Part shown: positions 1 to 8,661 of the stretch, piece after piece
How the letters are laid out: the number at the start of each line of letters is the position of its first letter
Numbering within the stretch: position 1 is the first letter of the stretch
NCBI GenBank assembly: GCA_965204735.1
Contig: OZ242008.1
Span: 1,440,001 to 1,504,000 of the forward strand
From: Longimicrobiales bacterium
GTDB taxonomy: Bacteria > Gemmatimonadota > Gemmatimonadetes > Longimicrobiales > Gaopeijiaceae
DNA length: 64,000 nt
Reading direction: 5' to 3'
Notes under the pieces: generated by a model
The model's database searches: none
Seen by the model: only the letters and a program-made list of their open reading frames with translations
Told to the model about the DNA's origin: nothing
Made by a program: the position numbers and the translations under genes

Positions 1-117
1 CGTCGCGGACGGAGTTCCCCCGAAGCTGGCCGGGACGGTCTCCGGCCCTGGTCCTCAGTGTCTCACCGAGGATGCGCCATTTCCATGGCTGGATGGGACA
101 GATTTTTTTTCGTCTCT
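1..117 (-). repeat. Dispersed conserved non-coding element, copy A (truncated by window edge)
   Basis: Matches 59391-59506: first 46 nt and last 45 nt identical, short variable middle. Confidence 0.9.
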
Positions 118-157
118 TCCGGGCTGGCCCGGAGGCCCCGTCGAACGGCCTTCCGGG

Positions 158-349
158 TCAGTGCACCGTGCTTCGGCGCCCGGCGTCGGCTCGGAAGTCG
201 CCCCTCGGGTATGGGCGCGGCTTCAGCATCCGCACCGCCACCGCGCGGCTCCCCGCCGGCCCGCTACTTGTCCGGCTCCGGCTCGCGACCACGATCTTGG
301 TCCGCTCCCGGTTCGCGTGTCCCACCACGAAGATCGTCCTCATCTTCAC
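158..349 (-). CDS. Putative small basic protein (63 aa) downstream of lexA
   Basis: ORF 28 nt after the lexA stop, preceded by purine-rich GAAAGAGAGG; no recognisable domain. Confidence 0.3.
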   Translation of the reverse strand: MKMRTIFVVGHANRERTKIVVASRSRTSSGPAGSRAVAVRMLKPRPYPRGDFRADAGRRSTVH

Positions 350-376
350 CCTCTCTTTCTTTTGCCGCCCGCCGGC

Positions 377-979
377 CTAGAACCGGCGGATCAGTCCCAC
401 CACTACCCCCCGAACCCGCACCCGGTTCCCTGGCGCCACGATCGGGTCCATCTCCGCGTTCGCCGGCTGCAGCCGGACCCGGTCGCCGGCCTCCCGGTAG
501 AGCTTCTTGACCGTGGCCGCCTCGTCGTCCACCAGCGCCACCACCGTCTCCCCGTCCCGGGCCGTCTCCTGCGAGGCGACCACGATGTAGTCCCCGTCGC
601 GGATCTGCTCGTCGATCATCGACTGGCCCGACACCCGCAGGACGAAGTGGTCCCGTCCGGGCCGCACCAGCTCGGCCGGCACCGGCAGGCTCTCCTGGTC
701 CTCCACGGCCTCGATCGGCGCGCCGGCCGCCACGGTGCCCAGAAGGGGCAGCGAGACCGCCGCCGGCTCCTGGTCCGGAAACACGATCGAACGGCTTTCC
801 CGGTACGCCTTTCGGATGTACCCCTTCCTCGCCAGATTCGAGACGTGCTCGTGGACGGTGGCGAGGGAGGTGAAGCCGAAGGCGCCGCAGATCTCCTCGT
901 AGCTGGGCGCGTAGCCGTTCTCCTCGACGAACCCCCGGAGGAAGTCCAGGATCTCCTTCTGTCGCTTGGTCAGGGGCAT
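377..979 (-). CDS. lexA: SOS repressor LexA
   Basis: LTKRQKEILDFL...GYAPSYEEI winged HTH; VAAG cleavage site; GQSM catalytic Ser; TVKK catalytic Lys; start at MPLTKRQ. Confidence 0.97.
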   Translation of the reverse strand: MPLTKRQKEILDFLRGFVEENGYAPSYEEICGAFGFTSLATVHEHVSNLARKGYIRKAYRESRSIVFPDQEPAAVSLPLLGTVAAGAPIEAVEDQESLPVPAELVRPGRDHFVLRVSGQSMIDEQIRDGDYIVVASQETARDGETVVALVDDEAATVKKLYREAGDRVRLQPANAEMDPIVAPGNRVRVRGVVVGLIRRF

Positions 980-1052
980 GACGGTTTCCTTGGTTGCAGG
1001 GAGCGCTTTCGTCTGCGCAAGGGCGCGCGGGCTCTCGCCGGGCGGCGTGGAA

Positions 1053-1101
1053 CCGAACATCTTCCGAAGCGTAACCGAATTCAGACCGAAGGTCAAGCGA
1101 A
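1053..1101 (-). promoter_or_regulatory. lexA promoter (TTGACC-N17-TACGCT) overlapped by five 11-bp-phased TTCGG repeats, candidate LexA operator
   Basis: -35 at 1091-1096 and -10 at 1068-1073 on the minus strand; CCGAA at 1053, 1064, 1075, 1086 and GCGAA at 1097. Confidence 0.75.
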
Positions 1102-1104
1102 AGC

Positions 1105-2850
1105 GTGGGAAGCAGGTCGACCGGCGTCTCCAGCGACGCGGGCGTTCTCGATCGGATCGTGGCCACCAAGGAAGCGGAGGTCGCTCGCCTGCGGGCTCGG
1201 CGTCGGGAGCTCGCTCGGGCGGCGGAAGACGCTCCTCCGCCCCGTCCCGTCCTGGGTTCGATCGCCGCCAGCCCGCGCGTCGCCGTCTTCGCCGAGGTCA
1301 AGCGGCGGTCGCCGGGCGCCGGTCCGATCGCCCTCGACCTCGACCCTCCGGCGCTCTCCGCCGAGTACGAGGCGGGAGGCGCTCTGGCGGTGAGCGTGCT
1401 CACCGACGGTCCCTGGTTCGACGGCTCCCTCGAGGACCTGCGCGCCGTCGCCGGAGCCCGGCGGATTCCCGTCCTTCGGAAGGACTTCCTGATGGACGAG
1501 GTCCAGGTTTGGGAGACGCGCGCGGCGGGAGCGGACTTGGCCCTCCTGATCGTCCGGATTCTGGACCCGCTTCTGCTGGCGGACCTGAGGGCCATGGTCC
1601 ACGACCTGGGCATGACCGCCCTGGTGGAGGTCCACGACGAGGACGAAGTCGAGGCGGCGCTGAAGGCAGGCGCGCGCCTGGTGGGAGTCAACAACCGTGA
1701 CTTGGCGGCCTTTCGCACGGACCTCCAGGCGACCGAGCGGCTGGCGCCCCAGGTGCCGGGGGACGTGATGGTGGTCTCCGAGAGCGGGATCCGCGACGCC
1801 GCCGATGTCCAGCGCGCCGCGGCTGCGGGCGCCGACGCCGTGTTGGTGGGCGAAGCGCTGGTGCGGAGCGAGAACCCCCGGGAAGCAGTGGCGCAGATGG
1901 CCGCCGTCCCCAGGCGGACCACAGGAAAGCGGGCGGCGGCTCGGCCGGCGACGGGCAGACCCGTCTCGCCTCGGATGAAGCACGGGCCTGCGAGTCCGAG
2001 GATGCCGGGCGCGACGCCCGGGCCCGTCGTCGCCGAGGAGCGCGCGGGTCGCCGCGTCCGGGCGAAGGTGTGCGGGGTCGCGACCCCCAGCGACGCGGCG
2101 GCCGTGGCCGATGCGGGCGCCGACTACATCGGCGCGGTTCTGTCGCCGGGGCATGCGCGCAGCGTGTCCCCAGAACGGGCGGCGGACGTCTACGGGGCTT
2201 GTCCGGCGCGCCGAGTCGGCGTGTTCGTGGACGCGCCGCCGGACCGGGTCGTCGAGCTCGCGCGCCGTCTCTCTCTGCACGTGGTTCAGCTCCATGGGAG
2301 CGAAACGCCGGAAGTCGCGGCCCTGATCGGCGCCGCCGGACCATGGCAGGTGTGGAAGACCTTCCATGCGGCGGGCCCGGGCGGCCATGCGGCGGGCCCG
2401 GACGACCCCCCGGAAGGCGGGCGTTGCATGAGCGGATCGTCGATCGGCGCCGCCTCGGCGGGCGCTTCTTGGCCCGGTGCGGCCTGGCGAGGCAGGCCCT
2501 TGACCCGCGACGATCTGGCCGCGGCCGTCGCCGCCTATGCGGACGCCGTCGCGGGCGTTCTGGTCGACGCGTGGAGTCCCGGCGTTCCCGGCGGCGCCGG
2601 ACGGTCGTTCGCTTGGCAGGGCATCGGCGCGACGGTGCGCAGGGCCGCCGGCGCCTCCACCTTCGTCGCCGCCGGCGGAATGACGCCCGACAACGCCGCC
2701 GCGGCGGTGGACGCCCTTGCTCCCGACGTGCTGGACGCCAGCTCCGGCCTGGAGTCGGCCCCGGGCGCAAAGGACCCCGCCAAGGTCGGGGCCTTCGTGG
2801 CGGCGGTGCGCCGGGCCCGGCGGCCTTCCGGCACGGGACGACCCTCGTGA
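1105..2850 (+). CDS. trpCF: Fused indole-3-glycerol-phosphate synthase / phosphoribosylanthranilate isomerase
   Basis: [25 protein letters not shown] (TrpC), then [26 protein letters not shown] (TrpF) in one frame; exact start uncertain. Confidence 0.9.
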   Translation: MGSRSTGVSSDAGVLDRIVATKEAEVARLRARRRELARAAEDAPPPRPVLGSIAASPRVAVFAEVKRRSPGAGPIALDLDPPALSAEYEAGGALAVSVLTDGPWFDGSLEDLRAVAGARRIPVLRKDFLMDEVQVWETRAAGADLALLIVRILDPLLLADLRAMVHDLGMTALVEVHDEDEVEAALKAGARLVGVNNRDLAAFRTDLQATERLAPQVPGDVMVVSESGIRDAADVQRAAAAGADAVLVGEALVRSENPREAVAQMAAVPRRTTGKRAAARPATGRPVSPRMKHGPASPRMPGATPGPVVAEERAGRRVRAKVCGVATPSDAAAVADAGADYIGAVLSPGHARSVSPERAADVYGACPARRVGVFVDAPPDRVVELARRLSLHVVQLHGSETPEVAALIGAAGPWQVWKTFHAAGPGGHAAGPDDPPEGGRCMSGSSIGAASAGASWPGAAWRGRPLTRDDLAAAVAAYADAVAGVLVDAWSPGVPGGAGRSFAWQGIGATVRRAAGASTFVAAGGMTPDNAAAAVDALAPDVLDASSGLESAPGAKDPAKVGAFVAAVRRARRPSGTGRPS

Positions 2851-4073
2851 GCCGGACCTCCCGCCGCGCCGCACCGCCCCCCTCGGCGCCGGCCCGCTTC
2901 GGCCCCTACGGAGGACGCTACGTTCCCGAGACCCTGATCCCGGCGCTGAACCAGCTCGCGGCGGCCTACCGCAAGGCCTTGGCGGACCCCGAGTTCCAGG
3001 CCGACCTGCAGCGCCTCTCCGCCGAGTACGTCGGCCGCCCCACCCCCCTCTACCGAGCCCGGCGGGTCGAGGAAGCCGCCGGCGTGGGCCCCGTCTACCT
3101 CAAGCGGGAGGACCTTGCCCACACCGGCGCCCACAAGATCAACAACACGGTGGGGCAGGCGCTGCTGGCCAAGCGCATGAGAAAGCGCCGGATCATCGCC
3201 GAGACCGGCGCCGGACAGCACGGAGTCGCCACCGCCACCGCCTGCGCCCTCTTCGGCCTGGAGTGCGTGGTGTACATGGGCGCCGAGGACATGAGGCGCC
3301 AGTCCCTCAACGTCCACCGCATGGAGCTTCTCGGCGCCCAGGTCCGATCCGTCGGTTCGGGGACCCGGACCCTCAAGGACGCCACCAACGAGGCCCTTCG
3401 GGACTGGGTGGCCAGCGTGGAGGACACCCACTACGTCATCGGGTCGGTGGTCGGGCCGCACCCCTTTCCGGCCCTCGTGAGGGACCTGCAGGCGGTGATC
3501 GGGATCGAGGCGCGCCGCCAGATCGTCGAAGCCGAGAGACGGCTGCCCGGCACAGTGGTCGCCTGCGTGGGCGGCGGCTCCAACGCCATGGGCATCTTTC
3601 ACGCCTTCTTGGACGACGAGGACGTGGCGCTGGTCGGGGTCGAGGCCGCCGGGGCCGGGCTCGGCAGCGGCCGGACGTCGGCTTCTCTGGCCGAAGGGCG
3701 ACCGGGAGTCCTTCACGGCTCGCGGAGCTACCTGCTGCAGAACGCCGACGGCCAGATCGCGCCCGCCCACTCCGTCGCCGCGGGACTGGACTACCCGGGA
3801 GTCGGCCCCGAGCACGCCCACCTGAAGGACTCTGGCCGCGCCCGCTACGTCGCCGTCGACGACGCCTCGGCCGAGGCCGCCTTCCGTCTCCTGCCGCGCC
3901 TGGAGGGAATCATCCCGGCGCTGGAGTCGGCCCACGCTCTGGCGCACCTGCTGGACGCCGGCCCCCGCGACGAGCTGGCGCCGCCCGTCGTGGTTTGCCT
4001 CAGCGGCCGGGGCGACAAGGACGCCGCCCACGTCGCCGCGCCGGACGGGCCGTCGTCCGGCGGCCTCGCCTAG
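2847..4073 (+). CDS. trpB: Tryptophan synthase beta chain
   Basis: [22 protein letters not shown] (PLP Lys), [23 protein letters not shown] overlap with trpCF stop. Confidence 0.97.
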   Translation: MSRTSRRAAPPPSAPARFGPYGGRYVPETLIPALNQLAAAYRKALADPEFQADLQRLSAEYVGRPTPLYRARRVEEAAGVGPVYLKREDLAHTGAHKINNTVGQALLAKRMRKRRIIAETGAGQHGVATATACALFGLECVVYMGAEDMRRQSLNVHRMELLGAQVRSVGSGTRTLKDATNEALRDWVASVEDTHYVIGSVVGPHPFPALVRDLQAVIGIEARRQIVEAERRLPGTVVACVGGGSNAMGIFHAFLDDEDVALVGVEAAGAGLGSGRTSASLAEGRPGVLHGSRSYLLQNADGQIAPAHSVAAGLDYPGVGPEHAHLKDSGRARYVAVDDASAEAAFRLLPRLEGIIPALESAHALAHLLDAGPRDELAPPVVVCLSGRGDKDAAHVAAPDGPSSGGLA

Positions 4074-4085
4074 CGACACGCGGAC

Positions 4086-4898
4086 GTGTCCACGCCGGCA
4101 CACGCCTCGACGGGACGGATCCGCGCCCGGTTCGCCGCGCTGGCGTCGCAGCGCCGGCCCGGGTTCGTCCCCTACCTGACCGCCGGCTACCCGACGCTGG
4201 CCCACACTCGGGAGCTGCTGGCCGGGCTGGCGGACGCCGGCGCCGACGTGATCGAGCTCGGCGTGCCGTTCAGCGACCCCATGGCCGACGGGCCCACCAT
4301 TCAGCGTTCGTGCCAAGGGGCCCTCGATGCCGGCGCCACCACCGACGGCGTGCTGGAGGTCCTCGCCGACCTCCGTCGCGTCAGCGAAGCGCCCGTCGTC
4401 CTCTTCTCCTACCTCAACCCCTTGATCGCTCGGGGGGTCGACGCCTTCCTCCGGGACGCGCTGGACGCCGGCGCCGACGGGATCCTCGCCACCGACCTGC
4501 CCCTGGGCGCGGACCCGGAGTTGGAGGCGCAGCTGACGGAGAGCCCCCTGGACTTGGTGCGGCTGATCGCTCCCACCACCACGGCGCTCCGGGCTTGCGA
4601 GATCGCTCACGCCAGCCAGGGCTTCGTCTACTACGTGGCGCGCACGGGAGTCACCGGCGTCCGGCCGGCGCTTCCGGAAGAGCTGGCTGCGGCGACGACA
4701 GGGGTCCGGGAGATGTCGCCGTGCCCCGTCGCGGTCGGGTTCGGCGTCTCGACCCCGGAGCAGGCCCGGCAGGTCGGGGCGGTCGCCGACGCCGCCGTGG
4801 TGGGCAGCGCCCTGGTGGACCGCCTGGACGAGGGCGGCGTGGCGGGCGCGCTGGCCCTGGCCCGGGAGCTGCGAAGGGCCCTGGACACGGCCCGGTAG
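4086..4898 (+). CDS. trpA: Tryptophan synthase alpha chain
   Basis: IELGVPFSDPMADGPTIQ, TGVTG, VGFGVS motifs. Confidence 0.97.
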   Translation: MSTPAHASTGRIRARFAALASQRRPGFVPYLTAGYPTLAHTRELLAGLADAGADVIELGVPFSDPMADGPTIQRSCQGALDAGATTDGVLEVLADLRRVSEAPVVLFSYLNPLIARGVDAFLRDALDAGADGILATDLPLGADPELEAQLTESPLDLVRLIAPTTTALRACEIAHASQGFVYYVARTGVTGVRPALPEELAAATTGVREMSPCPVAVGFGVSTPEQARQVGAVADAAVVGSALVDRLDEGGVAGALALARELRRALDTAR

Positions 4899-4959
4899 GG
4901 GCTCCGCCCGCAAGCCGTTTTGCGAGCGCCCAGCGCGACGGCGGGCGATGTGTTCGCTC

Positions 4960-5063
4960 GCTTCACCCCGTCCCGACGCGCAGCCGGCGGAGCGGTTCAT
5001 GCTCCCTCCAGCGTCAGCGACGGCTTCTCTCGCTTGGCTTCACCCCGTCCCGACGCGCAGCCG
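4960..5063. repeat. 27-bp direct repeat duplicating the 3' end of the NFACT gene
   Basis: GCTTCACCCCGTCCCGACGCGCAGCCG at 4960-4986 and 5037-5063. Confidence 0.85.
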
Positions 5064-6938
5064 CTCCTCCAGCGCTGGATCGGGCGACACGAAGACGGTC
5101 TCGACCCGCTCCAGCGCCACCACCCCGGGCGGTGCGCCCCGGGGCTTGCGGACCCACTTGCGGCGAGTCCAGTCCACGGGCACGTGGCGCGCGCCTCGGG
5201 CGCCCGAGTGGTTGGCGGCCAGCGTAGCAGCTTCCTCCAGGTCGGTCGCCGGCGGACGCTCGGCCCGGGTCCAGCGCAGGACGACGTGCGCGCCGGCGGC
5301 GTGGCGAGCGTGCAGCCAGACGTCGTTCGGGCGCGAGTGGCGGAAGGTGAGGTCGTCGTTCCGTCCCGCGCCCCGGCCGACGCGAACCTCCAGGCCGCCC
5401 GAGCTGCGGTAGCGCCGGTAGGGAAGGGCGGGGGCGTCGTGGGCGCGTGGTCCCTTGCGCTTCGGCGACGCGGGCAGCACGGCCTCCAGCTCCTCCCGCG
5501 CGAGCTTGCCCCGGCGGTGGAGGCGCGCGGCCGCTGCGACTTGGTCCAGCGCCGCTTTGGTCCGGCGGATCCGTCGGGCCAGCTTGGCCGCGCCGCGCTC
5601 CATCCGGGCCGCCAAGCGGAAGCGCGCGTCCGCGTTCTCGTGCGGCCGCAGGGCCGGGTCCAGCTCCAGCGTCCGCGCCTTGCCGTCGAAGCCCGTCAAG
5701 ACGACCCGCCCGCTTCCACGCCCGATCTGCCCGAGCGACGCCAGAATCAAGGCCGCCTCCTCGCGGAGCCGGTTCGCTTGGCCAGTCCTGTCCAGCTGGC
5801 CGCGCAGGGCGCCCAGCTTGCGCTCCAGGCGGCGGCTCTCCCGATCCAGCGCGCGCGTCTCGGCGTCCCGCCCGTCGATCGCGCCCAAAGGACTGCCCGA
5901 CTCGGCGTCCGCCGCCGCCAGGACGGCGTCCATCCCGTGCAGCAGGCTCTCCACGGGGGTCGCCCGAAGGGCGCTCCCGGCCTTCGCGCCGGCTTCCCAT
6001 CCGCCGCCCAGGGGCGTGCCGCCCGCCCGCCCGTCGCCCGCCGGAGTCCCCTCCAGCGCCGCGCCCAACGGCCACGGATACGGCTGCAAGCCGGACGGGA
6101 GGCGGAGCAGGCAAGGCGCCGTCTCCGTCCCCTCCGCCAGAAGCCGCCACCGGCGGAACGCCGCCTCCGGCCCGTCCGCCGAGAGCAGCCAGGGGGCGTT
6201 GATCGGCGACACGTAGGCGACCTGCGAGATCCACCGCCGGACGGCCGCCGATTCCATTCCCTCGGCCCCGCGCACCGTCGAGGCGCCCGCTCGGTCTGCG
6301 CGCCCACCTGCTCCGGCCCGTGACCCCATCCATTCGGCCCCGCCCTCCGAGGCGCCGACTGCTTCCGCCGCCTCCGGGCCGGCCGGCCACGCGGCGAGCC
6401 ATTCGTCCATTTCCAGCCGTCCGTCCGCGCCCTTCCGCCGTCTGCCGCCGGGAGGCTCCCAAGGGGTCCCGATCCATGGCGCCGAGGTTGCCGTCCCCCT
6501 GGGGCCTCCCTTCGTTCGCGAGCCCTTGGTCCTTCCCGCGCCCGTCCCCGGCCGCAGCCGCTTCCGGACCACCAGCTGCGCCCCCTCCGCCCAGCACGCG
6601 TTCCATCGGTTCGCGGCGAACTCCAGGATCAAGGACGGATTCGCCTTCTTTCCCCGCACCCGACGGAACCGCAGCACGATGATCCGCTCGTCGGCCACCG
6701 CCCAAGTCGCCGCAAGGGTCGCGGGCAGCCGCTCGGCGTTCGGATCGGGGTCCGACGGGGGCCGCAGCACGACGGCGCCCCGTCCAGGAGCGAGCTCCGC
6801 CGCCAGCGTCGCCTCCCGAAAGTGGACGCGAACCGTCCGCCGCTCTCGCAAGAACTCCACTGCCGTCGTCCGCTTGCCTCCCAGCCTGGCCTGCACCTCC
6901 GCCGCCACGGCCCGGGCCAAGCACGGATCCCAGATCAC
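5040..6938 (-). CDS. rqcH: NFACT-family (RqcH/FbpA-like) ribosome quality-control protein
   Basis: C-terminal VGRGAGRNDDLTF...DVWLHARHAAGAHVVL...VDWTRRKWVRKP NFACT-R domain; coiled coil with LDP..PHENADARF. Confidence 0.8.
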   Translation of the reverse strand: MIWDPCLARAVAAEVQARLGGKRTTAVEFLRERRTVRVHFREATLAAELAPGRGAVVLRPPSDPDPNAERLPATLAATWAVADERIIVLRFRRVRGKKANPSLILEFAANRWNACWAEGAQLVVRKRLRPGTGAGRTKGSRTKGGPRGTATSAPWIGTPWEPPGGRRRKGADGRLEMDEWLAAWPAGPEAAEAVGASEGGAEWMGSRAGAGGRADRAGASTVRGAEGMESAAVRRWISQVAYVSPINAPWLLSADGPEAAFRRWRLLAEGTETAPCLLRLPSGLQPYPWPLGAALEGTPAGDGRAGGTPLGGGWEAGAKAGSALRATPVESLLHGMDAVLAAADAESGSPLGAIDGRDAETRALDRESRRLERKLGALRGQLDRTGQANRLREEAALILASLGQIGRGSGRVVLTGFDGKARTLELDPALRPHENADARFRLAARMERGAAKLARRIRRTKAALDQVAAAARLHRRGKLAREELEAVLPASPKRKGPRAHDAPALPYRRYRSSGGLEVRVGRGAGRNDDLTFRHSRPNDVWLHARHAAGAHVVLRWTRAERPPATDLEEAATLAANHSGARGARHVPVDWTRRKWVRKPRGAPPGVVALERVETVFVSPDPALEERLRVGTG

Positions 6939-7055
6939 CGCGCGTCTCCCGATTCGTTATCTTTGGGCGTCCCGGGGGGCCGACGCGCGCCCGAGGGCCC
7001 GGGAACGCTCGAGTCCCCGCCCGGGACCGTCGAGTCCCCAACACGGCGGTTCGAC

Positions 7056-7523
7056 ATGAAGGGCCTTCCCAGAACAGTGCTGCTGGCGGTGCTGGCGGTC
7101 GGAGTCGTGGTCCTGCTGGGGTCCGCGCTCATGCAGTGGGCGCCGGGAAAGACCTCCAGCCCCGCGGCTGCGCCCGGCGAGGACAGGGTGACCGTGGACG
7201 TGCGCAACGCGGGGGGCGTGTCGGGGATGGCCCGCGCCGCGACGAACCACTTGAGGAGCGCCGGATTCGACGTGGTGAGCATGGGGAATGCGGATCGCAT
7301 GGACAGCGAATCGTCGATCGTGATCGACCGGACCGGAAACTTGCGGGCGGCGGCCGAAGTGGCGGAAGCCCTGGGAATCGGAACCGTCGTCGCCATGCCG
7401 GACTCGAACCTCTTCGTGGACGTGACCGTAGAGCTTGGGTCGGGTTGGCAAGCGGCCAGGGTCGAGGAAGTCGCCCGCCGCTCCTTGCTCGACTGGTTCC
7501 GAGGCTTGGCGGGGTCTCGGTGA
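7056..7523 (+). CDS. LytR C-terminal domain membrane protein
   Basis: N-terminal TM helix; VDVRNAGGVSGMA...AGFDVVSMGNA...DVTVELG. Confidence 0.85.
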   Translation: MKGLPRTVLLAVLAVGVVVLLGSALMQWAPGKTSSPAAAPGEDRVTVDVRNAGGVSGMARAATNHLRSAGFDVVSMGNADRMDSESSIVIDRTGNLRAAAEVAEALGIGTVVAMPDSNLFVDVTVELGSGWQAARVEEVARRSLLDWFRGLAGSR

Positions 7524-7566
7524 GGGTGAACGCGGACCGCAACGACAGGAAGGCAGTGGCGATCGA

Positions 7567-8409
7567 ATGACGAGCAGACGCAGGCCGAAGGCCGGGCGCC
7601 GAGCAGGCTCCCGCGAGAAGTCGAGGGTCCCGGACCGGGCGAGGAAGTCGCCGGCGAACCGAAGCCCGGCCCAGGGGCAGGCGGCGGCGGGAGCGGGGGG
7701 CGGAGGCGTTCTCTCTGGGGCGGCAAGGGTTGTTCGCTGGCTGTGGAGCTTTGAGCTGACTCGGCTGGTCGTGCTGGTCGTGGTGCTGGTGGTCGTCCTT
7801 CGGAGCTTCCTGATCCAGACGTTCGTGATCACGTCTGGTTCCATGGAGAACACCTTGCTGACCGGCGACTTCCTCGTAGTCAACCGAGCCGCCGTCGGCT
7901 CCCGAATCCCGTTCACGAACTTCCGCGTTCCCGGGTACTCGGAAGTGAAGCGGGGCGACATTCTGGTCTTCGACCCCCACCACGAGGAGAACATGACCGT
8001 GGTCAAGCGGCTCGTGGGGGTGCCGGGAGACACCCTCGAGATGAGGAACAAGGTCCTCCACCTGAACGGAGTCGCCCAGGAGGAACCCTACGTGGTCACG
8101 ACCCCGGAAGGCAGCGGGTTCCACGCAGGCATGCTCTGGCAACTGGAGCACCTGGTCGGCGGCCCACGAAGCGACTACAAGCCCACCCGAGACGACTGGG
8201 GGCCGATTGTGGTCCCGGCGCAACGCTACTTCATGCTGGGCGACAACAGGGACACCAGCCTCGACTCCCGCTTCTGGGGGTTCCTGGAGGGGTGGCGGTT
8301 CGAAGGCCGAGCCGTTGCGATCTACTTCTCCTACAACCGGGGCTCCTTCCGGCCCTTTCCCTGGATCAGAGAGATTCGCGCCAGCCGAATCGGGACGCTC
8401 GTGCGGTAG
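7567..8409 (+). CDS. lepB: Signal peptidase I
   Basis: SGSMENTLLTGD (Ser), VKRLVGVPGD (Lys), GDNRDTSLDSRFWG. Confidence 0.96.
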   Translation: MTSRRRPKAGRRAGSREKSRVPDRARKSPANRSPAQGQAAAGAGGGGVLSGAARVVRWLWSFELTRLVVLVVVLVVVLRSFLIQTFVITSGSMENTLLTGDFLVVNRAAVGSRIPFTNFRVPGYSEVKRGDILVFDPHHEENMTVVKRLVGVPGDTLEMRNKVLHLNGVAQEEPYVVTTPEGSGFHAGMLWQLEHLVGGPRSDYKPTRDDWGPIVVPAQRYFMLGDNRDTSLDSRFWGFLEGWRFEGRAVAIYFSYNRGSFRPFPWIREIRASRIGTLVR

Positions 8410-8581
8410 AGCTCGGCGCCGGAGGCCCCAGGGTCCGGTCCGCCGCTTCGGGTGGGCGTGCAGGAGCCTGTCGCCGGGCCGGCGTATATTGGATTGAAAT
8501 GGAAGACGACAACGATTTGGCAATAGGGAGAAAAGTCAAGTGAGGGAACACCTGAAGTTCTCTACTACAATCCTCAAGAAG

Positions 8582-8614
<33 letters not shown>

Positions 8615-8643
8615 TTGACACAAACAGGAAATATTGGTATAGA
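8615..8643 (+). promoter_or_regulatory. Sigma70-type promoter of the giant adhesin gene
   Basis: TTGACA (8615-8620), 17 nt, TATAGA (8638-8643) with extended TG; AT-rich in a GC-rich genome. Confidence 0.85.
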
Positions 8644-8661
8644 TTAGGATTGTCGTCGTAG

